Positions 11,251-22,359 of a stretch of 32,633 bases of DNA are shown piece by piece. Under the pieces are notes generated by a model that worked only from the letters and a program-made list of their open reading frames with translations, did no database searches and was not told the origin of the DNA. The stretch comes from Octopus bimaculoides. Lineage: Eukaryota. The position numbers and the translations under genes are program-made. The stretch spans positions 100,542,844 through 100,575,476 of the forward strand of contig NC_068982.1 of assembly GCF_001194135.2 (NCBI RefSeq), read 5' to 3'. Position 1 is the stretch's first letter, and every line of letters starts with the position of its first letter.

Positions 11251-11729
11251 ATGCATGCTCGCTTTGCAAAACATGTAGTTCCGGGTTTTCTGCTGTACAC
11301 TAATCGATGGATTTAATGACAATGTTGTAAACATAAAATATAGACATTTTCCCAGTGTTATTTGTAGGATTTCTTCCGTTAGTTCGCTCTAGAGAGAGAA
11401 GTAATTAGAAGCCCTCCTCCTCTTCCTCCTCCTCATTTTAACAGAACGTGCTGATTCACTTGAAAAAGGCATGATCACTAGGTATCTTGGTTTAACGACA
11501 CTCCTAAAGCTAAGACTTCACCTATATGTCTTGCGTTTATTATGGCTCCACTCCTTCTCTACATCAGCATCATCATCATCGTCGTTGTCGTCGTCATCAA
11601 TATTTTTGATACCATATTTGTGATTGAACCTCTAAGAAAGTAGCGTGACGGTGTAAAACCATCCCAATGTTTAGTATTGTTCATTTTCGCGTCCAAATTT
11701 CGTCTGACTCAACTTGATCTTTAATCGGC

Positions 11730-11940
11730 TACAAAAATCGTTATAGCGACGGAAAATACCTTGCGGTATTTTTTTTTATAGCTCTGTTCATATCCAGCCG
11801 AGGTCAACTTCATCTTTCATCGTTTCGAGGTCGATAAATTAGAGTATGAGTCAAGTACTGGTTCGATTTAATTGACCAACATCATTCCCTAAGATTTGTG
11901 GCGTAGTGCTTATGTTAGCAACAATTATTATTTAGAAACG
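11730..11940 (+). mobile_element. Degenerate SINE family C
   Basis: gccgaggtcaactt..ctttcatcgtttcgaggtcgataaatt...tactggttcgatttaattgacc matches the C core. Confidence 0.65.
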
Positions 11941-11956
11941 ATTATTAATTATTATT

Positions 11957-12324
11957 GTAGAGGCGCAATGGCCCAGTGGTTAGGGCAGCGGACTCGCGGT
12001 TTCGATTCCCAGACCGGGCGTTGTGAGTGTTTATTGAGCGAAAACGCCCAAAGCTCCACGAGGCTCCGGCAGGGTATGGTGGCAAACCATGCTGTACTCT
12101 TCCACCACAACTTTCTCTCACTCTTACTTCCTGTTTCTATTGTGCCTGTAATTCAAAGGGTCAGCCTTGTCACATTGTGTCACGCTGAATATCCCCGAGA
12201 ACTACGTTAAGGGTACATGTGTCTGTGGAGTGCTCAGCCACTTGCACGTTAATTTCACGAGCAGGCTGTTCCGTTGATCGGATCAACTGGAACCCTCGAC
12301 GTCGTAAGCGACGGAGTGCCAACA
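11957..12324 (+). mobile_element. SINE family B with 14-bp head deletion
   Basis: Aligns to 10047-10432. Possible low-complexity TSD at 11940-11956 / 12325-12341 (14/17). Confidence 0.95.
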
Positions 12325-12344
12325 GATTAATTAGTATTATTATC

Positions 12345-12660
12345 AAAAATGTTGACTGAGAGCAGAATCGTTATATTGTTATTGTGATATTTACGTTTTT
12401 TATAAGTTTAAATTCTATCAGGTCAACATGATTTTCCCGCACTCTGGGGGCGATAAAATAGGTATTTGTCAGATACAGAGGTAATGATAGTCAACACCAC
12501 GTCTCTCCAAAATGTGTGGCGTTGCACCTATGTTAGGAATCATTATTGTTAAGAAAAAACCGTTATCGACTGTTATTGTTAAGACCCAGCGTGGTCAGCT
12601 TTATCGACCATTCCCCTCCCTAAATCTGAGTGGCCTGGTGCATATGTCAGAAATCAATAT
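12345..12660 (+). mobile_element. Highly degenerate family C copies (one plus a partial)
   Basis: gcagaatcgtta...ggcgataaaataggta...gtggcgttgcacctatgttaggaatcattatt and a second tail fragment. Confidence 0.5.
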
Positions 12661-12796
12661 TCGTCAATGACTCATATTGATCTATTTCTCATTGCTTAAT
12701 TATTTCCAGTTTGCTTTTTATTGCTTCCATCATTAAATGTAATAACACTAACTTTCGGATGGTTCACTGCAACCTAAGTGTGGTGATAATACATAC

Positions 12797-12998
12797 CATG
12801 CCGATCGTCTGCTTTTATGCTTGTTTTTGTACTAGAAGAGTTCGGTGTCGTCTGATAAACGATGGAGGTCGTCTGCTCGGCTGATAGTAAACTGGTCATG
12901 TGTACGATACAAATCTGTTCAGTCGTTAAGAGATCCTTAATCGTGCAGTTTTTTTATTTATTATTTTTTTTGCTGGGATAGATACCTGTCTATCTCAC
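12797..12998 (-). other. Candidate exon: 5'UTR plus CDS start (ATG 12899; MTSLLSAEQTTSIVYQTTPNSSSTKTSIKADDRH, phase-1 end)
   Basis: Strong acceptor cttattttcgtctacgtcttttcttgcAG| with a CTTAT branch-like motif, ATG|GTATGT donor at 12796-12791, and 103 nt open from the ATG to the donor. No homology recognised. Confidence 0.45.
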
Positions 12999-13077
12999 CT
13001 GCAAGAAAAGACGTAGACGAAAATAAGTACACACACACACACACACACAAATCTCTAATCGCTCAATATCTTCCCAT

Positions 13078-13128
<51 letters not shown>
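13078..13128. repeat. (CT)n microsatellite
   Basis: Visible directly. Confidence 0.95.
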
Positions 13129-13131
<3 letters not shown>

Positions 13132-13525
13132 ATTCTCTATTCTGTTGCATTATACACAGCAAAAGTGTGTTCACACTAATACGTTCATTCTCAACTCCGA
13201 CACTCACATATACAAACGTACATAGATAGATAGATACATACATACATACATACAGACAGACATACACATGTACACATACATACGTATACACAGATTCATA
13301 TATATGTTTGTAATGTTCGTATATATATTACATATATAACATATGTGTGTTTATGTATATGTAGTCATTCTTGTGTGTAAATGTCTACCTGCCTATTCAT
13401 TTCTCTATCTTTCTGCATATATACTACAATGTACTTGTCGCTTTGAGGTGTGTGATAAAGACAGGAATTCGAGGGCAGCGATGGAGTGAAGTTTCAGAAT
13501 TGAATAAAAGAATAAACTCAGTTTC

Positions 13526-13740
13526 TTATTTCTTTATTGCCCACAAGGAGCTAAACATAGAGGGGACAAACAAGGACAGACAAAGGGATTAAGTCGATTA
13601 CATCGACTCCAGTGCGTAACTGGTACTTAATTTATCCACCCCGAAAGGATGAAAGGCAAAGTCGACCTCGGTGGAATTTGAACTCAGAACGTAACGGCAG
13701 ACGAAATACCTCTAACGTATCTGCCAGCTCGCCGCCTTAT
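13526..13740 (-). mobile_element. SINE family C, 17-bp TSD, 21-bp head deletion
   Basis: Exact TSD AGAATAAACTCAGTTTC at 13509-13525 and 13741-13757. Confidence 0.95.
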
Positions 13741-13974
13741 AGAATAAACTCAGTTTCCTTTCCTTTCCTTTCGCATAAACACACACACACACACACACAC
13801 ATACCCCCCCCCACACACACATNNNNNNNNNNACACACACACATACCCCCCCCCACACACACATACGTGCGCGATTACAAGCGCACACACACGCACTCAC
13901 GCATACACGCACGCATACGCACACACAAGCACACATAGCCACAAATGTAAATATATATACATTTACATATATCT

Positions 13975-13977
13975 AAT

Positions 13978-14012
<35 letters not shown>

Positions 14013-14115
14013 CCTTCTTTCTTTCTTTCTTTCCTTCTTTCTTTCTTTCTTTCTTTCCTTCTTTCTTTCTTTCTTTCTTTCTTTCTCTCTTTCTCTCTCT
14101 GTCTCTTTTTCTCTC
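13975..14115. repeat. (CTTT)n/(CT)n polypyrimidine microsatellite
   Basis: Visible directly. Confidence 0.95.
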
Positions 14116-15479
14116 TGTGATTATGTATGTATGCATGCGTGTGTGTTTTGTTATCAAGATACCCGGCGTTGCTCTGGAAACAAACGCTTTAGTTGGAGAT
14201 TAATTTCTTGGAGAATAATCGTGGTAGTCCTGCTTAAATATAGTATTTGAAATGCTACATTTACATTCTTTGTAACAGAGACTCTAATCTTGAAAAAGCG
14301 ATTTTATCTAGCAAAACAAAGGTGAGCTATTCTCAACGAAGGGTTGTTTTTCCACCTTTAAGTGTTGACATAACGCTTGTTCTAGGATGCAGCACGCCCG
14401 GTATATTCTTCTGTAATACGTGTAGTTAAAAAACATTAACAAATATTTGAAATTATTTATAGAAGTTTAGTGCGACAAATGAATATAGGTTTTTGTCAGT
14501 TTTTAAAATGAAAACAAATTGGTTACCAAAGAAATAGGGAACTGCTTGGGACGAATGACAGAAAAATGTCCTAAATGGAATAAGCTTCTAAATATGGTTC
14601 ACTTCAATGAACAGTGCCTTTGTAATATTTGTGTGTTTAATTTCGAAAGGAATATTATCTTAACAAATAAAAATACGTGTTAGTCTTTGAAACAGGTGTA
14701 TAGCTAAATATGCCTGTAGCGGCAGAATTGAGTTACTGTCTAAGGAAAGGGGAGAAAATTGTAATAATTAATCGAAATGTATACTGATAACTTGAGGATC
14801 AGAAGTAATGTTAAACCGAATTCAAGCATATAAGAGGTATATAGAGCTGAATAAATAGCATCGAAACGTTCGGTATAAGATACTAAATAACATATTCAAT
14901 TATGTGGTTCTTCGTTTTGTAATCTTTTGGGTAAATCAGACAAAATCAGCAAACCTAAATTCAGAAATATGCAAATATGTATTACAATAAATGTGGACAT
15001 ATATGTGTGTGCGGCGTGTGTGTGCATGTATATATATTCAATTATATATGCATAAACACACAACTATATATAAATGTACATAACACACACACACATGCAT
15101 ACATACATGCAAGGCAGTCAACTTGGCTACCACACAGAAGGCCAAAATACTCGCCACTCCACTGTTCAGAAGTAAACGATTTTGTCTTTGTTACCTCTTT
15201 TAGAATTAGTAGAATCGCTTTCTCGTTGTAGATATATCTCTGTAACAAGTTTGAAAGATTTTCTGCCATAGGATCTCAAACGACTATCTAGTTCGACTCC
15301 GTTTTAATTTTTGTAACAAATGTAACACAGAAATTTCTTGTCGTCAAGGATCTCATAAACTCTATCCTTAAGCATTCATCCAATATGACTATTCAACCGA
15401 GCAACAGGTGAGCACAGCTTTAAACTTAAATGACAGCAGGACTCCAGTGGGCTTTTGCTGGGTGGATCTCCTGTCATTT

Positions 15480-16510
15480 GACCTTTACGGAAGTGTAAAG
15501 CGACTACATAGAAGCGAGATTACTTTTGAACTTTCTCCTGCATAGAACTTCAACATCCGGTTGTTTTCGGACATTGCATTTCATTATTTGATGGGTATTT
15601 CGATTTTTCTTAAACTGTAGGTTAATCTCTCCTAGTTGCATGTCATCTTTACTACCGTTTGGTGGAAGATGTTAGTTGTACTAATGTTCAGGGATTTAAC
15701 GTTGCCTCTTGAGACTCTACGAAATCTCTTTTTAGGTTTGTGCAGGAAAGTAATTACCTTGGAAACTTAAAATCATCAAGACGGATGACATGACCAACCC
15801 ATCTCATTTGTAGGCTTCCATACTAGGATGGCCTGCTCTTTCCAGCACATCTGTGTCTGGTGTAAAAGATTGCAAACTGATGATATCCCTCTGACACATA
15901 TCCGGTGAAATCTTTCGGATATTTTAGTGTCGTCCATGTCCCAGATGAGTATAATATGAATGGAATGAAGCAAGCATCGTAGATAGAAAACCTGGTGAGA
16001 AGTTTCAAAACCTTGTCTGACGAGAAACATTTCTCTGGTGTCCCAAGCGAAACTGAAGCCTTCTCGACCCTCTAAAAATCACCGAAAATGCATAAAATAA
16101 TCTTCTCCATGAAGACTGATGTCTTTGACATGTACATTTGGTTCCACACTGAGATCTTCAGGGACAAGTGTAAACATCACCTTAGTTTTCTTTAGGTCTT
16201 GTAAGTACAACAGAAGTACAGATACTGGAGAAGAAGTTCATTATTTTCTGAATATTTTGCGTTGACCTCGCAATCACTATGTACAACAAATCGTGAGGTA
16301 GGGTTACAAATGTATTCGAGTTAGCTTTGAAACGATACAGATGAAGCAGTTTTATTATCGTGCTACAGCAGACAAAGTGGTTTAGATCAGAGTCCTGAAA
16401 TACATGAGCAATCTGAGTGTAATATATATGGAGAATAAAGATAGTGCAGGTATGTTTCTGTTACAGGCCATTGTCCACAGGAACCTGTCCCACAGAGTAC
16501 CGCTTGATTT
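15480..16510 (-). mobile_element. RTE-clade LINE, ORF2 (RT and C-terminus) remnant, 5'-truncated and heavily mutated
   Basis: Across frameshifts: FPVDNGL*Q, PALSLFSIY, LLHLYRFKANS...HDLLY(.)DC (YADD region, ~16271-16295), DLKKTKVMF...EPNVHV, RVEKAS...ILYSSGTWT, ERFHRICVR, DTDVLERAGHPSM, MRWVGHVIRLDD, and a C-terminal CRRKFKS. This motif order is typical of RTE/BovB-like ORF2. Confidence 0.85.
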
Positions 16511-16680
16511 GTGTGTGTGTGTGTCTTTGTGTGTGTGTGTGTGTGTGTGTGTTTGTGCGTGCGTGCGTATGTGTTTGAAACTACACATTACTTTCCTTTA
16601 AGTGTGTAGTTTGGTACATACACATGACACATGCACACATACACACGCACGCACATAAACACACACATATATGTGGGGTG
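16510..16680. repeat. (TG)n and (CA)n microsatellites between the two LINE remnants
   Basis: Visible directly. Confidence 0.9.
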
Positions 16681-16699
16681 GGGTGGATTGTATAATGGT

Positions 16700-17746
16700 G
16701 ATGGTGGTGACAGTTGATCTTCTGATAGTACCAAGGAAAGTATGTTTCCAATTGGTCAGATACTATCTGTTGGTCGGTCGCAACTTCTGACAAGTGTGTT
16801 ACCATTTTTCGGTAATGGGCCAGAATTTAAACTCAGAATATACAAAGAGGATATGATATCGAGAAGTATCCCGTCTGACGCCCTAACAATTTCTCCAATT
16901 CATTACTCTGGATTGGTTCTTCTGTGTCATACATCCAGACTAACTAACCTCAAAGAACACCCGGATGTGAATTCCTCAAAAAAAAAATCAAAAAAAAAAT
17001 CAAAAAACGACCAGGCCTGGGTATGTTCCCCGAAGACTCGAAGAAAACTAATTCTGACATGAAGCGAAGCTCTCTTGGACTCGTGACCTCTACATCACAT
17101 TACACTTCGAAGGTTATGCATTTGCTAACCAGGAACAAGAAATTGCTCCGAAATACCTAATAAACGAAAGACATAGTGAAGCCCTTCGAGTTCCAAGATG
17201 GAACCGAAAATGTAGATTGTCTTATCTCTGTGGAAGACTTCACATATGTGATTAGCAGCTGTCCAAAAATGTCATCAAGGTACTACCTCTCTATGCGACG
17301 TGACGTCACAAAAGCAACAAACAATGCCACTCAGAAAAAAAGACTGTTCTGGAAGAAAGACAGAGAACCCCTGTGTTATTGGATACACTCACAAACATCA
17401 GCACAAAGAATACTGATGAAACATTCCCATCAAAACATCTGCCAAGTGTAAACATAACATGCCGGATATTGATGTTTTTGTGAATATCGCTTTGAAAATC
17501 AAAGAGAAAGAGGATAGCTATGGATAACTTCTTCGAAACCACCAGCTTTTATATCCAGATTAGAAATTCACATTTATACTAATAATAATTGGTTCACGTG
17601 TCTTGGTGAGTAAATGCCTAAATGATAAACTGGATAAGCTAGGGTTTTCAGAAAAAGAAATCAGTCAACTAACTTGCACATAATAAATACAATCTGTAAA
17701 TGGTACAGTAAAAATATGCAAGACTTTTCTCATGTTTGAAATGTGA
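16700..17746 (+). mobile_element. R4/Dong-like (RLE-type) non-LTR retrotransposon, 3' ORF remnant
   Basis: ITLHFEGYAFANQEQEIAPKYLIN; decayed CCHC knuckle NRKCRL..VEDFTYVISSCPKMSSRYYLSMRRDV (17211-17304, RHD position); KCKHNMPDI (PD 17462-17467); EKEDSYG*LLRNHQLLYPD...IIIG...QSVNGTVKICKTFLMFEM* (stop 17744-17746). 5' limit approximate. Confidence 0.85.
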
Positions 17747-17819
17747 CAGTGCTTTTATTATCTACGTTTGAACGATAGAGCTTTGTTAAAGAGGAAGAAT
17801 AGAAGACAACTTACACACA

Positions 17820-18088
17820 TACATATTTATACATATAAATGTACATTTATACATATATACATATATGAATGTATGTATGTATGTATGTATGTATGTATGT
17901 ATGTATGTATGTATGTATGTATGTATCATACTCTACGTATGGTATAGCAGAAGCTGTACCACTAGCGTCATAATTTACATATACAGCATCAAGTACAAAA
18001 AGTATTCAACATAGGCTGCACATCAGATTCCACGTGTCATGCAAGCCACACAAAACGAATTATGTGAAACACATTACACTACGCACTC

Positions 18089-18149
<61 letters not shown>
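17820..18149. repeat. (ATAC)/(ATGT)n and (AC)n microsatellites
   Basis: Visible at 17820-17926 and 18090-18149. Confidence 0.9.
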
Positions 18150-18153
<4 letters not shown>

Positions 18154-18813
18154 ATACGTTAGTGAGTACATATACAATGTATCACACAAATCTCGCCGCA
18201 AGTCACCCTACATACAGGCACAATCAGTCAGCCAGCACCTCACACATCAAAAGAAACTCACACACAGTATGAATAATGAACTTACACGACTACACGATAT
18301 AACAATCACAAAACCACACAACGGAATATCATAACACACAGCAGAAACCCCACACTTCACAAGCTGCGGCACAATAGCTTTCTCTCCACCGCCCCTCACA
18401 AGTCACATACCGTACCACATCACATCACTTGCTGCTATCTCACAGTAACAGTAGTAGTTGTAGAAAACATATGTTAATCTAAATTTAGAAAATCTGCACT
18501 GTTGAATTCAGACGATCACCGATTGTAACTCGCCTTCTCTGCCGCTAATAGATCATTTATTACTCTCTTGCCGTACACAAGACAGGTTTCCGATACAAAT
18601 GTATAACAAAGAATGTTATCGATTTCTTAAAGGTGGGAGTCGAAGGGAATATTAGGGTATAAGCTTCCCGTGAATGAAGCAAGCCCACCACATATTTTTC
18701 CCATTCCTGTTTGTAATGATTTCGCTTTCTCTAATGTTTTGAACGTATTTAAACATTTGAGAAGGAAAGCAAAACGTCCTAAAAAATCTTGTTACTCTCG
18801 CTTTTGAAGAATG

Positions 18814-18930
18814 AACAGTTGATAACAGTTGATAACCCTCCGATAGGTTTTCTGATAATGAGTTTTGAGTTCGTATTCGTCACTGGCGTTTCCCGTACGC
18901 GTACTCCCGCTACCGTTCACAGTGGCGCAG
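18814..18930. promoter_or_regulatory. CpG-dense patch with GATA, E-box and E2F-like motifs; possible promoter
   Basis: 9 CpG in 18871-18930, GTACGCGTAC palindrome 18895-18904, TTTCCCG 18889-18895, tandem AACAGTTGAT x2 at 18814-18833. Motif evidence only. Confidence 0.25.
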
Positions 18931-18966
<36 letters not shown>

Positions 18967-18967
18967 A

Positions 18968-19034
<67 letters not shown>

Positions 19035-19385
19035 GGTAGTAGTAGTAGTAGTGGTGGTGGTGGTGGTGGTGGTGGTGGTAGTNNNNNNNNNNNNNNNNNN
19101 NNNNNNNNNNNNNNNNNNNNNNNNNNNNNNNNNNNNNNNNNNNNNNNNNNNNNNNNNNNNNNNNNNNNNNNNNNNNNNNNNNNNNNNNNNNNNNNNNNNN
19201 NNNNNNNNNNNNNNNNNNNNNNNNNNNNNNNNNNNNNNNNNNNNNNNNNNNNNGGTGGTGGTGGTGGTGGGTGGTGGTGGTGGTAGAAGTAGTGGCTGCA
19301 GTAATAATAGGAGTGGTGGTTGTAGAAATAGTAGTAGTAGTAATAGTATGGTGATGTGGAAGTAGTAGTAGTAGGTGCTAGTAGT
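18931..19385. repeat. Compound (GTA)n/(GTG)n trinucleotide repeat spanning a gap
   Basis: Visible directly; source of the poly-S/G/V/L/P ORFs. Confidence 0.95.
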
Positions 19386-19969
19386 AGTAGGGAATCTTTG
19401 GATATATCACTGAGACATAACTGAATAGCAGACCTTTCATGAAAACCGATCCGGTCGTGGCAGTACCGACATGCATTTAGAGACAATATATTTAATAATA
19501 GACCATCCATTTCCATTCAATTTAAGATAATACAATGTGATTCGAGATATGGTTAATATGGAGATATGGTTACTATTTCTGTCAGAACGACTGTGTCCCT
19601 TGGTAACACAGAACATCTGCTTCTGGCAGCAGATCAAATAAGATGATGGGGACAAGTCACACTAAGGAAGTGGGACCGGGACCGGCACCCTAGCAAACCC
19701 TTCCAAATTGGTGGATTTAGGTGGATGATGTTTAGTCTGTCCCTTTCTCCACCCAACGTCACCTCAATTTAGTTGGGTAGGGGTTAAAAAATATAGAAAT
19801 CAACTCAATGGGAAAGTAAGAAACTAAATGAAAATATTTGCTTGGCTTGGTATAACACAGATCTAACATTAAACTATATTTATTTTATGCATAACATAGC
19901 ATAGAATTTGAAATAAATTTCATCAGGACTGAAATAAGTTAAAATATTTTATTACACCCACGTTGAAGC

Positions 19970-20109
19970 TAGCTTGCTTACCAACCACATGGTTCCGGGT
20001 TCAGTCCCACTGCGTGGCACCTTTGGCAAGTGTCTTCTACTATAGCCTCGGACCGACCAAAGCCTTGTGAGTGGATTTGGTAGACGGAAACTGAAAGAAG
20101 CCCGTCGTA

Positions 20110-20152
<43 letters not shown>

Positions 20153-20256
20153 ATTTGTGTGTCTGTGTTTGTCCCCCCACCACCGCTTGACAACCGATGC
20201 TGGTGTGTTTACGTCCCCGTAACTTAGCGGTTCAGCAAAAAGAGACCGATAGAATA
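19970..20256 (+). mobile_element. SINE family A, 5'-truncated, runs into a gap
   Basis: Reverse complement of 7065-7335, with internal (TA)n at ~20108-20150. Confidence 0.95.
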
Positions 20257-20781
20257 NNNNNNNNNNNNNNNNNNNNNNNNNNNNNNNNNNNNNNNNNNNN
20301 NNNNNNNNNNNNNNNNNNNNNNNNNNNNNNNNNNNNNNNNNNNNNNNNNNNNNNNNNNNNNNNNNNNNNNNNNNNNNNNNNNNNNNNNNNNNNNNNNNNN
20401 NNNNNNNNNNNNNNNNNNNNNNNNNNNNNNNNNNNNNNNNNNNNNNNNNNNNNNNNNNNNNNNNNNNNNNNNNNNNNNNNNNNNNNNNNNNNNNNNNNNN
20501 NNNNNNNNNNNNNNNNNNNNNNNNNNNNNNNNNNNNNNNNNNNNNNNNNNNNNNNNNNNNNNNNNNNNNNNNNNNNNNNNNNNNNNNNNNNNNNNNNNNN
20601 NNNNNNNNNNNNNNNNNNNNNNNNNNNNNNNNNNNNNNNNNNNNNNNNNNNNNNNNNNNNNNNNNNNNNNNNNNNNNNNNNNNNNNNNNNNNNNNNNNNN
20701 NNNNNNNNCGGAATTTGAACTCAGAACGTAGCTGGCCTTGTCTCTTAGACACAAATTATTATAAAGGATAGAGCAGGAAAT

Positions 20782-21154
20782 TGTTGTTCGCACTCCGACG
20801 CTTAGGACGTCGAGGGTTCCAGTTGATTCGATCAACGGAACAGCCTGCTCGTGAAATTAACGTGCAAGTGGCCGAGCACTCCACAGACAAGTGCACCCTC
20901 AACGTAGTTCTCGGGGATACTCAGCGTGACAAGGCTGACCCTTTGAATTACAGGTACAACAGAAACAGGAAGAAAGAGTGAGAGAAAGTTGTGGTGAAGG
21001 AGTACAGCAGGGTTCGCCACCATCCCCTGCCGGAGCCTCGTGGAGCTTTAGGTGTTTTCGCTCAATAAACACTCACAACGCCCGATTTGGGAATCGAAAC
21101 CGCGATCCTATGACCGCGAGTCCGCTGCCCTAACCACTGGGCCATTGCGCCTGC
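20782..21154 (-). mobile_element. SINE family B, 12-bp TSD
   Basis: Exact TSD AGAGCAGGAAAT at 20770-20781 and 21155-21166; 10-bp internal deletion near 20926-20931. Confidence 0.95.
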
Positions 21155-21159
21155 AGAGC

Positions 21160-21861
21160 AGGAAATGGTTTGCGGTAAACGTGCCTGTACGTTCTGCGAA
21201 GTTATCTTTGCTTTTCATTCTTCCAGGGTCGATGAAATAAAGCACCAGTTAAGTACTGGTGTCAGTATTATCAATCATACCTCACCCCTAATTCTGAGGT
21301 GGAGTGCCAGCTGATAAAATCGTTAGCGTGCTGGGCTTAGCGGCATTTCGTTCGTCTTTACGTTCTGAGTTCAAATTCCGCCAAGGTCAACTTTGCCTTT
21401 CATACTTTCGGGGTCGATAAAATAAATACTAATTGAGCACTGGGGTCGATATAATTGACTTACCCCGTCCCTCGAACTTGTTGGCCTTGCGCCAAAATTT
21501 GAAACCAATACTATTATGTTTTTATATTATGAAACGAAATACTGCTGTGTTTCATTTCTCCAGAGTCGATAAAATAACGTACCAGTCAAATACTGGGGTC
21601 GATACCATCGACCTCAGGTCTTGTCTCTATACAAGAAACGTTTATTATTATTTCAAAATAAGTAAAGGCGGCGAGCAGAGAGAATCGTTAGCAATGTTCC
21701 ACCCGTCTTTACGCTCTGTGTTCAAATCCCGCCGAGGTCGACTTAGCCTTTCATCTTTTCGGGATTGATAAATTAGGTACCAGAGGAGTACTGTGGTCGA
21801 TGTGATCGACTTAACCCCTCCACCAAAATTTCAGGCCTTGTGCCTATAGTAGAAAGGATTG
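21160..21861 (+). mobile_element. Array of four same-orientation family C copies (~21160-21290, 21295-21515, 21540-21650, 21666-21861)
   Basis: The C core (GTCGAT(G/A)AAAT..TACCAG...CTGGGGTCGA, variably decayed) recurs four times. The last copy has a probable TSD at 21651-21665 / 21862-21876 (13/15). Confidence 0.85.
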
Positions 21862-22359
21862 TTTCAAAGTAAATAAATAAATAAATAAATGTATAAACAT
21901 ATAAAATAAATATAAATATAATCAGTTACGTTAGGTGATCGTTTGAAGAACGCAATGGTTAATTCAGACTTACACATTCCAATAATAATAATAATAATAA
22001 TAATGATAATAATAATTTTTTAAATAAAAACTGGTCGCCCCAGCTTTAATGTCCGTCGAGGATAAAAATCGGTACCGAGAAATCATGCATTTATTGCTGT
22101 TTATTTTCAGTTTAGTCCCATTTGAATAAATTAATGATCAATAGCATTCCACCTGTGGCCATCCCGTCTTTTTATATCTAAGACTACATTATTTCCAGTG
22201 CAGCTTACCTCGCATGTATAGATAAGTAGGCTTAATAAAGGTTAAAGCGACCTCAACAGGTGTAGTTGCATACAAATATGTATGTTTATATGGGAGAATA
22301 ACATGTAATAGACTATGTTCTATGTAGCTTGCTGAAAGCAACGTTAAATGAAAGAGATG

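Noticed and set aside
11500-11630. Minus-strand acidic reading frame (poly-D)
   Set aside because: Arises from CAT/CGT triplet repeats; weak donor; phase incompatible with the 12797 exon
13780-13870. Direct repeat ACACACACATACCCCCCCCCACACACACAT either side of 10 Ns
   Set aside because: Most likely an unmerged contig overlap (assembly artefact)
14155-14190. ACCCGGCGTTGCTCTGG resembling a Helitron terminal hairpin
   Set aside because: Imperfect, with no recognisable opposite terminus or second copy in the window; needs a library search
15231-15407. Plus-strand exon-like segment ending CAG|GTGAGC
   Set aside because: All frames are closed from the good acceptor; the alternative acceptor is weak
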